Below, piece by piece: positions 40,701 through 54,324 of a stretch of DNA of 64,000 nt. The stretch spans positions 6,138,001 to 6,202,000 of the forward strand of contig CM075991.1 of assembly GCA_038087875.1 (NCBI GenBank). Reading direction: 5' to 3'. The stretch's first letter is position 1, and every line of letters starts with the position of its first letter. The notes below the pieces were generated by a model. The model was not told the origin of the DNA. It did no database searches and was given only the letters and a program-made list of their open reading frames with translations. This DNA is from Malacoraja senta (taxonomy: Eukaryota). The translations under genes and the position numbers were made by a program.

Positions 40701-43700
40701 AGGATGAGGACCATTAATTTAGTTCTTGCCTCATGCGCTGTACATTTCTTTTGCTATACATTCCCATTTGCTTATCTCCCGAGAACATTCCAAAAACCAC
40801 CCAGCAACATCCCAAACCAAAAATATTCCACTCTTTATTCTGGACAATTTACGGAAGCCAATTATCCCACAAACCTGCAGGTTTTTGGAACCGGAGCACA
40901 TGGACGGAGAAAACCCACATGGTCACAGGGAGAACGTACAAACTCCGTGCCGACAGAACCCTTAGTCAGGTTCGAACCCGGGTCTTTGGCGCTGTAAGGC
41001 AGCAACTCCATTGCTGCGCCACCCTAGTGCTGCCAACCTGGAGTTTGCATGTTCTCCGTGTGACTGAGTCAGATTCCTCCAGGAGTTCTAGTTTCCTCAT
41101 GTGTCCCAAATGTGTGCAGGTTATTAGAATAACTGCTGTGGAGGTGGACAGTAAAATTCAGGGGAGTGGATGGAAATATGGGAAGAACAAGTTACGGGCA
41201 ACAATTCGTTGGACAGGATTTCTCTGTGAGCTGGCATTGACTAGATAGGCCAAAATGGCTTCCTTTTTTAGTTTGAGTCTGAAGAAGGGTCTCGACCCGA
41301 AACATCACCCATTTCTTCTCTCCAGAGATGCTGCCTGTCCGGCTGAGTTACCCCAGCTTTTTGTGTCTATCCTTTTTAGTTTAGTTTAGTTTGGAGATAC
41401 AGCACGGAACAGGCCCTTCGGCTCATCGAGTCCGTGCCGACCAACGATCCCCGCACACTAACACCAACGCGACCCGAAACGTCACCTATCCACTTTCTCT
41501 TGAGATGCTGCCTGACCCACTGAGTTATTTTGTGTCTATGCTTATATTGCACTGATGGCTCACGTGGCTTCACTGTTGAAGAGCTAGTTGAGTGTTGCTG
41601 CTGAGCGCAAGACAAACAACAGAAGAGAAGCTATCAACAAAATATCCTTCCAATCTACACTTTAAAACAAATGGGAACAGATCTACGCTTCACAAGACTT
41701 GGTTTTTCTTTTAAGGATTCATTCAAGTCATTTCCAACACTCGGTATACCCAACGGAAACCAAGGATCACCAATGATGTGACAACCATAAGAGGTAGAGA
41801 GAAAGCTGTTTTCATTCCCAGGCTGGGGAGAGAGAGACCAGAAAGCGGAGCCTGCGTGCAACTGCTGCGTCGGCTGGCACATGACCACAATCTCGAGTCC
41901 GCTATTTTAATCTAAAGACTTCGGAACGTGGAACAAATTGGGGGAGGGTTCAGGAAGTCTGCTGAGCTGCGAAGTTCTGAGGAGAACAAGAGGAAATCAA
42001 CCCTTTCAGCACACATACACAAACAACGAGGGAGGGAGGGCCTCATTGAAGCCCACAGAATAATGAAAGGCATAGAGTGGATGTGGAAAGCATGTTTCCA
42101 CTAGTGCAGAGAGTCTAGGACCAGAGGTCATAGCCTCAGAATTAAAGGGCGCTCTTTTAGAAAATAGGTGAGGAGGAACCTCTTTAATCAGAGGATAGTT
42201 AATCTGTGGAACTCATTGCCCCAGAGGGCTGTGGAGGCCATCAGTGGATATTTTTAAGACAGAGATAAACAAATTCTTGATTAGAACAGGTGTCAAGGGT
42301 TATGGGGAGAAGGCAGAAAAATGGGATTAGGAGGTAGAGATCAGCCATGATTAAATGGTGGAGTAGACTCGATGGGCCAAATGGCCTAATTCTACTCCTA
42401 TAATTTGTGAACATTCACAAACTCTCCCCAAACACTCACAGCCTATCCCTCCAATGCAGTGCCACAGCCTCAATGATAGCTTCTGCGGGAAGGAACTGCA
42501 GATGCTGGTTTACACCGAAGGTAGACACAAAATGCTGAAGTAACTCAGCAGATCAGGCAGCATCCCTGGAGAAAAGGAATAGGTGTTGTTTCAGGTCGAG
42601 ACCCTTCTTCTGACGTCTGAATGAAGGGTCTCGAACCAAAACGTCAGCTATTCCTTTACTCCAGGGATTCTGCCTGACCGCAATGATTGCTTCCTTCCTT
42701 GAGCACGAGGCAGTCACTGTGCACCAGTTATTGACAGAGCAATGTCTTTATGGTTTAGAGACCCAGCGTAGAAACAGGCTCTACGGCCCATCGAGTCCAT
42801 GCCAACCAATGATCAGCCATACACTGGTTCTGTCCTACACACCAGGGAGGATTTACAGAAGCTAATTAACCTTCAAGCCTACACGGAATATGGGAGGAAA
42901 CTGGAGCACATGGAGGAATGTTACACGGTCACGGGGAGAATGTACAAACTCCGTACAGACAGCACCCATAGTCAGAATCGAACCCGGGTCTCCGATGCAG
43001 TAAGGCAGCAACTCTACTGCTGTGCCACCGTGCCTCTCAATGCAAAGGCGTGAAGACCCGGACACAAATCGTGGCCAAACCCCCTTTACCTCATCCTGTT
43101 CCCCTCAGTGATTCTTTCACCTCCGCACACCTCACTTTGCCCCTGTCTCCTCCTTCCTCTGCAGCTTCAAGACTCTCCCCTCCCATCTAAAACAACCCAC
43201 CCATCGCTACCGCTCGCCCTTTTCGGTGTCCCTCCTCTAAGTTCCCCATGCCTGGTCCAGCTCCCACTCTGCCCTAGAGTCACCAGCCTTGCCCAGGATC
43301 TCCCCCACACAAAAAAAACTCAGGGGGAGCATCAGGGATGTTGGATTCTTCCCCGCCCGACTATCGGAAGCAGATTCATCTAGTGGGAATCCAAATATCG
43401 ACCTGGTTCTCCATCATCACTCAACACATACAATCACCCTGAAACGCTGTCATATAGAGATACAGCATGAGCCAGGAATTTTGGCCCACCAAGTCCGCAC
43501 TGATAAGAACCACCAACCGACACACACTTTTCCCAATTGTCTATCACAAATATAGCAGAAAACCGCATGCCTTAGAAGTCAGCTACATGGGTGGTCCTGT
43601 ACATGTTCCCTTCATCTACAAGAAGGCTTTACTTCCTCTTGTTAACATCAGAGCATTGCAGTTTCCACGACAGAGGAAACCTCTTTGAAAACATCTCAAA

Positions 43701-46700
43701 GCAAGGACTCGTAATCACAGAGTGCTCTCCACAATCTCATGCTATCGTCTAGCCCTTAACAATAAGATACTTTTGAGGTGCTTTGAACTGAGACGTCAAT
43801 TTGTGCAGAGACATTTTCCAGAGATGTGCGATGAGCGGCACAGAGGGGCAGCGGTAGAGTTGCTGCCTTACAGCGCCAGAGACCCTGGTTCAATTCCGAC
43901 TCCCGGTGCTGTCTGAATGGAGTTTGCAAATTCTCCCTGTGACCGCGTGGGTTTTCTCCCGGTGCTTCGGTTTCCACCCACATTCCAAAGACGTGCAGGT
44001 TTGTAGGTTAATTGGCTTCTGTAAATTGTCCCTAATGCTTAGTACAGAACCAGTGGGCAGGTGATCGATGCCCACATGGACTTGTTGGGTTGAAGGACCA
44101 GTTTCAACGCTGTATCTCTTAACTAAACTAACCTGTTTGGCACTACAGCACCAGGGTCTGCACCTTGGACCTGCAGTGAAGCACGGCAAGTCATGAGAAC
44201 GGCACAGAGGTACAGCACGTAGTGCTGCTGCCATACAGTTGTTTCTGAAGAAGGGTCTTGAACCAAAACGTCATCTATTCCATCTCTCCAGAGATGCTGC
44301 CCAAAGATGATAGAGCACCCGCTGAGTTATTCCAGCTTTTTGTGTATCTCTTTGTGCTACATAGCATGTTAATCACTTACTGCAAATTACTGTTGGCACT
44401 GGGGAACACAAGGTGGTTCCACAGGGTGGAACCGTTTGGCATTGCGTGCGTGGAAATAATTTGCAGGGATTAAGTAGCCGACAGTGATTAACAAGGAATC
44501 AACATTAAATTTCTCAGGAATCACTGGATTTAAAAAGGGAGGCGGAGAAAGATTTTTTCTGATCCAGATTCGAGGCTTTGATCATTATATAGAATCGGGA
44601 GCATGGAAGCAGACCATTCAGCCTAACTATAGATAGACACAAAAAGCTGGAGTAACTCAGCGGGACAGGCAGCATCTCTAGAGAGAAGGAATGGGTGACG
44701 CTTCGGGTCAAGACCCTTCTTCAGCCAGCATCTGCAGTTCATTCTTACACATTCAGCCCGATGAGTCAGTGCTTGTATGAGTCTAAACCCCATCCCCACC
44801 CCCCTGGACAACTGCCTCATTGGTAGTGGAGTGGTTTCGCACAGGGCGATGTTCTAGAAACACCAGTGTTGAGAGTTTTCTGCACATGGACACACTAGGA
44901 CTGAACCACCAATTTCTATGTTATCGCAACTTCTCATCCACTCTTTGCACATTAAGGGTAAAGTTACAGAGGCCAATTAACCTGCAAACCCGCACGTCTT
45001 TAGGATGCGGGCGGAAACTGGAGCACCGGGAGGAAACCTAAGCGGTCACCGGGGGAATATGCAAATTCCACACAGAGAACGCCCAAGCTCAGGATCGAAC
45101 CAGGATGTCCGGCGCCGATAGGCAGCGGCTCCAACAGTCGCGTCACCGTGCCAAAGATAAGCAAATGCAAACTTTTCTGTTGCGTTTTCAGCAAAGTCAA
45201 GGGTGGATTGCTATCTGCTGTTCACAGTTACCGCCCCTTGAAAATGGTGACGAGATACACTTGCCTTTTTACTTATAGCTATGGAGGCTTGGCTCACTGG
45301 CTTTCGTGCAACAGTTCCACCCTTATAATGGTTACACAAAAACTTCAGATGAGGGAGAACATTGACCCTCCAAACCTCATCTGCTATTCAGCGATATCCG
45401 AGCCAGACTCCAAAGGCTCAGTTCTGCTCCTATAATGCCTTACACAGAGATTCCCTCAGTATCTCTGGTAATTTCCCAAAGAAACAATGCAGTAGAGGAT
45501 AACACTGCACATAAAATCAATATCTGAAGAAGGTTCTCGACCCGAAACATCACCGATTACTTCGCTCCATAGATGCTGTCTCACCCGCTGAGTTTCTCCA
45601 GCATTTTTGTCTACCTTCGATTTTTCCAGCATCTGCAGTTCTTTCTTAAACATAAAATCAATATCAATCGCTTAAAGCAGTGCGGCCACCATGTTCGTTG
45701 ATGGGTGAGTTATACAAGTATCTCTACTTTGGTTGTCCACTCATTATCCCCAGGAGAAACTGTTTATAACACACAGGCCATTCATCCCTCTTTGCTGGTA
45801 CTGGCTCTTTGATTTTGCGATCCACTTATTCCCATACTCCAAACTCCTGTCAACAGTATGTGCAGGAAGGAACTGCAGATGCTGGCTTACACCAAAAAAA
45901 GACAAAAAGGCTGGAGTAATTCAGCAGGTCAAGCAGCATCCCTGGAGAAATGGAATAGGTTACGTTTTGGTTCGAGAACCTACTTCAGTCTGAAGAAGGG
46001 TCTCGACCCGAAACGTCACCTATTCCTTTTCTCCAGAGATGATGGCTGACCCGCTGAGTTACTCCAGCTTTTTGTGTCTATCTTCCTGCAAACAATATAC
46101 CAAATCCATTTTGGAATTTACCATCGAATCTGAAACCCCCTTCATTGCATGCAGTACCTTGTAGGTGACGGGAATCTTCTCGGTCTAAAATGGCTGCTCT
46201 GGCTCGACTTACCAATCTCCTTAACATGGTGTCCCCTGCATTATCTTGCGCCTCAGGACGCACTTTCTCCTCATTTTATCAAAGAGCTGCGAAGTCACTG
46301 TTCACATCAGGTAGAATTGCAAAGGTGGACTGTGTAACCATGTGACAATGTGGTCCCCACCAGATCGGGTAGTTGGGGAGAGAAAATGCAAAGACTCGAG
46401 ACTTTGTCATTAGAGGTCCAAATGACCATGGTACAGAACCTCGGACACCAGCATCTTTAGCCTCTGGATAATTGAATGTAAAATTTGGTTGGCATAGACA
46501 TGGTTGGCCGAAGGGCCTGTTTCTGGACTCTAATGTCCAGCAATGGGCCTACCTTGGCACAAATAAATCAAGCAAAGAACCTGCTTTAAATATAGCAAAC
46601 CGTCCCAAACAACGTCATGGCTTCACCTGTGCCTCAGGAGATCTCAGGATAGTGTGTTGGTAAGATTTAAGGAACACTTTTAAGAGAAAAGTAGGAGAAG

Positions 46701-49700
46701 CTTAGTGAGAGAGTGCAGACCTCAGGGCAGTGATAACGGAGTGTACGGCCATAAGTGACGAGATCAATAACCTGCCAGGAACATATCATAGAAAGACAAA
46801 CTCAGAACTAATTAAAACAAAATGCTGGAGTCTGAAGAAGGATCGCAACCAAAACGTCACCTATCCATGTTTTCCAGGGATGCTGCCTAACCCGAAGAAT
46901 TACTCCAGCACTTTATGCCTTTTTTTTTTTGCAAACCAGCACCTGCAGTTCCTAGTTTCATCCTACCACAACCAGAGAGCAGTGCTGAACTACTATTTAC
47001 CTCTTTGATGACCCTCGGACTATCCTTGATCGGACTTTGCCGGCTTTACCTTACACTATCATGTATCTTTACACTGTAAATGGATCGATTGTAATCACGC
47101 ATTGTCTTTCTGCTGACTGGTTCGCATGCAACAAAGGCTTTTCATTGTGACACGTGACAATAAACTAAACTGCTGATGAAGCAACTCAGTACATCAGGCA
47201 GCATCTGTGGAGGAGATGGATAGGCAACGTTTCGGGTCAGGAACCTTCTTCGGTTTGAAAAGGTGGCATTCCCACATGCTGCTTGACCCCTGAACTCCTC
47301 TGGCACTTTGTTTTGCTCAGTAACGATTAATTTGGGCAGGTTTTAAATCACACGCTAACATCGTCAACACTCATTGGTAGCTACAAGGATCAGAATGATC
47401 AAGGACTGTGGCCTATATGTGGTTGGCAGAAAGTAAACATTCTTGACTTTCTCCAATGTGAAAAATGCTGGAAGCAGAGATGTGCCCACAGTTATTATTA
47501 ATGGCACAATTTCACAATATTAATCATCTGGGCCCTTGTGAGCGAATTTTGTAAAACTTTTACAGTCCTGCTTGTTGTCACCTATTGCAGGACTAGAGAA
47601 GCCGCATTGTTATTTTGGAGAGCCATCGGTTCCTTAATGCATGAATTTGTTATCTGTTAACTGCTAAATCAACAGCACAGATATCGTCTGTATCTTTGTG
47701 AGCGATGTTGTTACATAGAAAATAGGTACAGGAGTAGGCCATTCGGCCCTTCGAGCCAGCGCCGCCATTCAATATGATCATGGCTGATCATCCAAAATCA
47801 GTACCCCGTTCTGGCTTTTTCCCCCCATATCCCTTGATTCCCTTAGCCCTAAGAACTAAATCTAACTCTCTCTTGAAAACATCCAGTGAATTGGCCTCCA
47901 CTGCCTTCTGTGGCAGAGAATTCCACAGATTCACAACTCACTGGGTGAAAAAGAATGTCCTCATCTCATTCCTAAATGACCTACCTCTTATTCTTAAGTT
48001 TAAGAAAGAACTGCAAATGCTGGAAAAATCGAAGAGAGATAAAAATGCTGGAGAAACTCAGCAGGTGAGGCAGTATCTATGGAGCGAAGGAATAAGTGAC
48101 GTTTTGAGTTGAGACCCTTCTTCAAAACTGATGAAGGATCTCGACCCGAAACGTCACCTATTCCTTCGCTCCATAGATGCTGCCTCACCCGCTGAGTTTC
48201 TACAGCATTTTTATCTACCTCTTATTCTTAAACTTTGACGCCTGGTTCAGGACTCCCCCAACATCGGAAAAAAAATTCCTGCATCTAACCAACCCAATCC
48301 AATCCTCTAAGAATTTTATAAGAATCTAAGAATGTTATTTGTTTTCATTGTCTGCCTCACTAAGTATGGGTCTGAGTGGAGCTTAAGGAGCTGTCTCTCG
48401 GGGCAGTTTCTCCGTGATATTACGTAATAAAGTCTCGCTCTCCCCGAGTCAGAGTCCTCGATTGATTTCTCTGACAGCCCCATACTGAATAGCAATTATA
48501 AAAGCATAAACCCTCACACCATCAAATATTAATAACCAATAAACTCAATAGGCCATGGGCAAATAACACTCTTTGGCAACCAAACACCTTAACCCATTAA
48601 ACATGCTTTATCCAGATACATGCAAGGTTTCCTGTATTTGTAGCAGGATTTGAACAGTACGCCCGTTCCAGAAAACTGACAGGAAGGATGGTTACTGCGC
48701 AGTGAAATGTATTTAATAACAGCCATTGCTTTTTAATTTGGACCTCATGTGATGTGTTATTTTCCACGTTTGAGTTTTGGGTTGACGAGGTGAGTGGATA
48801 GATTCTTGGTCATGGAGCTATATGGCATGAAAGCAGGCCCTTTGGCCCACCTTGTCCATGCTGACCAAGTTCACATACTAGGCTAATCCTCCTTGCCTGC
48901 ATTTGGCCCACAACTGTCGAAACCCTTCCTCAGTTGTATCAACTCATCTTTCTACGACCCAAAACATCACCTATTCCTTTTCTCCAGAGATGCTGCCTGA
49001 CCTGCTGAGTTACCCCAGCATTTTGTGTCTATCTTTTCTACTGAGCCTACTTGCCTCCTCTTTAAACTCCCAATACTCCTCCTTTCGAAACAGCAGCTAC
49101 TTAATTTTGACTCCTGTGGGCTGATGCTTCCAACCATTTGCAGGCCTTAAAGAAATGTTGATATTTGTAGAATGTTGAAACAAGACCAAAGCAGAAAGAA
49201 AAAAAATACAACTTTAATGTGGAACTTAAAAGAAAATCTCCAATATTAAATACACAGCTGCTGTTAATTAACGCTTTGCCCAATTAGGTTCTGAATAATC
49301 CATATTTCATAGCAACTGGAGAGGCACAGAACACCAGCTGTGATCAAAATGCCAAAATTCACCCACGTAATGGGGATTTGTCTTAGAAGGTGCCGTCTCA
49401 AAACTCCCAAGCTAGTCTGATCTTGAGTTTGCGCTTATAAGCTCCTCTTAATTAGAGTTCTAAGGATGGTTGGCAAATCACCAGCCAAGTCCAACGGTAG
49501 AGTTGCTGCCTTACAGCACGTGCAGCTGTGGAGACCCTGGTTCAATCCCGACTACGGGTGCTTTCTCTACGGAGTTTGTACGTTCTCCTGCGTGGGTTTC
49601 GGCCGAGATCTTCTGTTTCTTCCCACACGCCTAAGATGTACAGGTTTGTAGGTTAATTGGCTTGGTAAATGGAAAAAATTGTCCTTCATGTGTGTTGGAT

Positions 49701-52700
49701 AGTGTTCATGTGCGGGGATCGCTGGTCGGCACGGACCCGGTTGGCTGAAGGGCCTGTTTCCACGTTATACCTCTAAACTAAACTAGAAGGGAAACATCTC
49801 CTCCATAGTCAAGCTGCTGAGTAGCATGAGACAGCAGCAGAGAGTTCAGAAGGAAACACAGCCTGGAGGAAGGACATTACATTTTATTTTATGTGTGTAT
49901 TGTGTTCTTTTCACTTAGTATGGCTGTATGGTAACTCAAATTACATTGTACCAGATTGATACAAATACATCTATAGATGCTCCTGAACACATCATCAGTG
50001 GGGTCATTGGGAGTTTCGGGTCTTTCAACATCAGACACCCTCGCCCAGGCGACCCAGCCGTGGTTGATCAGACCACGATTTGTGTTCAGGTGGCATTCGC
50101 TCCTCCCCATGGACCTTCTCTCCTGATCCAGAGCCATCTCGAGGCCTTCTCCGCTGCCTCTGTAGTGTTCTTGATGGCTCTTCTCCTCGCCACTCCGTTG
50201 ATGCCCAGTGCACTCAAGGCTTTGTGGAGCGATTGCCCTGCAAAACCTCTGCAGCCAACCTCGATGGGCATACACCTTGCCTTCCAGCCCTGCTTACGGC
50301 AGTCTATGACCAGCTCTTCATGCTTGGCCATCTTCCTTTAGTGGGCCTCCTCCAGACGGTTTCCCACGGCACTGTCAGTTCCAATAAGACAATGTTTTTG
50401 GTCGCCTCTGAGACCAGGAGGATATCTGGCCTCAGGGTGATCGTGGCAATGTGCTGTGGGAACCTCAGCTGTTTCACCAGGTCTACGGAAAGCTGCCAGT
50501 CCTGCGCAGTCGCCAGGATACCTTAGTTGATTAAGTGACAATAAATGCGAACTTGAACTTAATACTAAAAAATGGGAAGTTGTAGTTTCAAAGCAAGAGT
50601 GTAAGGGGTTTACAGATCACATTTAGGGACAGGAGAAAAGGAAATCTCAGCGGAAAGACGAGTTGCAAACAGATCTAGAATGTATACACTAAGTACATAG
50701 ATTAGATCAACAACTACAGCTAACTCATTGTATCAAAGTTCAAAGAGGGGAAAGCAACAACTCACATGATGTCCAATTTCAAAATCTAGGGCAATTATTC
50801 AATTTCTGTATACATCAAACAAGATGACACTTAGGTAAGGGTTTGTGAGAGTGCGATTGTATCACTGCACATAAGGAGGAAAAACTACTTAAGACATATT
50901 GTCTCGATGTACTATTCCTCGACACTTGCACTGTATCCAAGATGAGCTATGTATAATAATACTTGTACTAAATGTGTAGTAAGGAACTGCAGATGCTGGC
51001 TTACACTGAAGATAGACACAAAATGCTGAAATAACTCAGTGGGACAGGCGGCATCTCGGCACAGAAGGACTGGGTGACGTTTCGGGTCAAATCTATTTAT
51101 CTAGCAATGGCAGGAATTCCTGGGCATAATCCAGAAGATGCAGGATCATTTCATTCCAAAGAGGAAGAAAGATTCTAAGGGGAGTAAGAGGCAACCGTGG
51201 CTGACAAGGGAAGTTAGGGATGGAATAAAACTAAAAGAAAAGGTGAATAACATAGCAAAGAGTAGCGGGAAGCCAGAGGATTGGGAAACTCTCAAAGGAC
51301 AACAGAAGGCAACAAAAAGGGCAATACGGGGTGAAAAGATGAAGTACGAGGGTAAACTGGCCAAGAATATAAAGAAGGATAGTAACAGCTTGTTTAGGTA
51401 CGTTAAGAGAAAAAAATTAGTAAAGACAAATGTGGGTCCCTTGAAGGCAGAAACGGGTGAAATTATTATGGGGAACAAGGAAACGGCAGAAGAGTTGAAC
51501 AGGTGCTTTGGTTCTGTCTTCTCTAAGAAAGACAATCTCCCAGACGTACTAGGGGACAGAGGAACTAGAGAGACAGAGGAACTGAAAGAAATTTACCTTA
51601 GGGGAGAAATAGTATTGGGTAGACTGATGGGACTGAAGGCTGATAAATCCTCAGGGCCTGATGGTCTGCATCCCAGGGTACTCAAGGAGGTGGCTCTAGA
51701 AATCGTGGATGCATTAGTGATCATTTTCCAATGTTCTATAGATTTAAGATCAGTTCCTGTGGATTGGAGGGCAGCTAATGTTATCCCACTTTTCAAGAAA
51801 GGAGCGAGAGAGAAAACAGGGAATTATAGACCAGTTAGCCTGACATCGGAGGTGGGGAAGATGCTGGCGTCAATTATTAAAGAAGTAATAATGGCACACT
51901 TGGATAGCCGTAAAAGGATTGGTCCAAGTCAGCATGAATTTATGAAGGGGAAATCCTGCTTGACTAATCTTCTGGAATTTTTTGAGGATGTGACAAGTAA
52001 AATGGATGAAGGAGAACCAGTGGATGTAGTGTATATGGACTTTCAGAAAGCCTTTGATAAGGTCCCAGGAGCTTAGTGGGCAAAATTAGAACACATGGTA
52101 TTGGGGGTAGGGTATTGACATGGATAGAGAATTGGTTGGCAGACAAGAAACAAAGAGTAGAAATAAATGGATCCCTGTCAGAATGGCAGGCAGTGGCGAG
52201 TGGAGTGCCGCAAGGTTCGGTGCTAGGGCCGCAATATATATTAATGATTTAGATGATGGAATTAAAAGTAACACTAGCAAATTTGCAGATGACACAAAGC
52301 TGGGTGGCAGTGTGAAATGCGAAGAGGATGCTAGGAGGTTGCAGGGTGACTTAGACAGGTTGAGTGAGTGGGCAGATGTAGTATAATGTAGATAAATGTG
52401 AGGTTATCTACTTTGGCGGCAAGAACAAGGAGGCAGATTATTATCTCAATGGTGTCAGATTAGGAACAAGGAAAGTGCAACGAGACCTGGGCGTCCTTGT
52501 ACACCAGTCACTGAAAGTAAACATGCAGGTACAGCAGGCAGTGAAGAAAGCTAATGGCATGTTGGCCTTCATAATGAGAGGATTTGAGTATAGGAGTAAA
52601 TAGGTCCTCTGTAGTTGTACAGGGCCCTGGTGGGACCACATCTGGAGTATTGTGTGCAGTTTTGGTTTCCTAATTTGAGGAAGGACATCCTTTCTATTGA

Positions 52701-54289
52701 GGCAGCGCAGCGTAGGTTCACGAAGTTAATCCCCGGGATGGTGGGACTGTCATATAAGGAAAGATTGGAAAGATTGGGCTTGTATTCACTGGAATTTAGA
52801 AGGATGAGAGGATATCTTGTAGAAACGTATACAATTATAAAAGGACTGGACAAGCTAGATGCAGGAAAAATGTTCCCGTCGTTGGGGGAGTCCAGAACCA
52901 GGGGCCACAGTCTAAGAATAAAGGGGAGGCCATTTAAAACTGAGATGAGAAAAAACGTTTTCACCCAGAGAGTTGCGAATTTGTGGAATTCCCTGCCACA
53001 GAAGGTAGTAGAGGCCAATTCACTGGATGAATTTAAAAGTGTTAGATAGAGCTCTAGGGGCTGGCGAAATCAAGGGATATGGGGAGAAGGTAGGCATGGG
53101 TTACTGATTGTGGATGATTAGCCATGATCACAATGAAGGGCCAAATGGCCTCCTTCTGCACCTACTTTCTATGTTTCTATGTAAGGCTGTCAAAGGTTAT
53201 GGGGAGAAGGCAGGAGAATGGGGTTGAGGGGGGGTGCAGATCAGCCATGATTGAATGGTGGAGTAGACTTGATGGGCTGAATGGCCTAACTCTACTGTGT
53301 CTTATGATCTTATTACCAGATACTATCAATCTAAAGGAGCCATCAGAATAAAAAGGTGGTGCAAAGAGAATTTTCTTCTGACGGGGGAAGTTAAGAGTTG
53401 AAATATGCTGCTTCTTGGAACACACTATCAAAAGCATTCCACAGGATCATTCTTAAAAGATGCACTTCTATTGGAGTCCTTACATCCCTTTCAGACATAG
53501 AGTGCTTTTGTAAAGCAGTCAGTGTTACATACAAAAGTTGGCAGACAGTGAAACTCAGCAAGCTGGCACAAACTACACCATAATAGTGACAAGGCAATCT
53601 GCTTTTTTCTTCTGTAATGTTTATCAAGGGATACTTATTAACAGGTATCACGGTATAACCCTTCTATTCCTCACAATATTGCCACAGAAAATGTTATGTC
53701 CATCTTTGGCATAAAATGTCATGACAGGATTTGCACTGGAGTGTCAGAGGATGATTTTTCTGCTCGTTGTCTGGAGCGGGTCTCGAACCCACCACCTTCT
53801 GACTGCTAACAACCCACCTTCAGCAAACATCCAGAGATGGTGTCTGACCCGCAGAGTTACTCCAGCATTGCATCTATCTTGCCAAAGACAATTGGGTTTG
53901 CACTTGTGTAGCTGGCTAATGGGGAAGGGCTGCAGTGTGGAGGATAGATCATATAATTCTTTCAAAAGACCATATTGGGGGAGTTCAGAACCAGGGGTCC
54001 CACAGTTTAAGATCTGTGGAATTCTCTGCCACAGAAGGCAGTGGAGGCCAATTCACTGGATGTTTTCAAGTAAGAGTTAGATATAGCTCTTAGGGCTAAC
54101 GGAATCAAGGGACATGGGGAGAAAACAGGAACGGGGTACTGATTTTAGATGATCAGCCATGATCATATTGAATGGCAGTGTTGGCTCGAAGGGTCAAAAG
54201 GCCTACTCCTGCACCTATTTTCTATGTTTCTATGATACGCTGAATCGATCCTGTCATTCTTTTTAGGGGATTGAGTGTCCTACTGTTGG

Positions 54290-54324
<35 letters not shown>

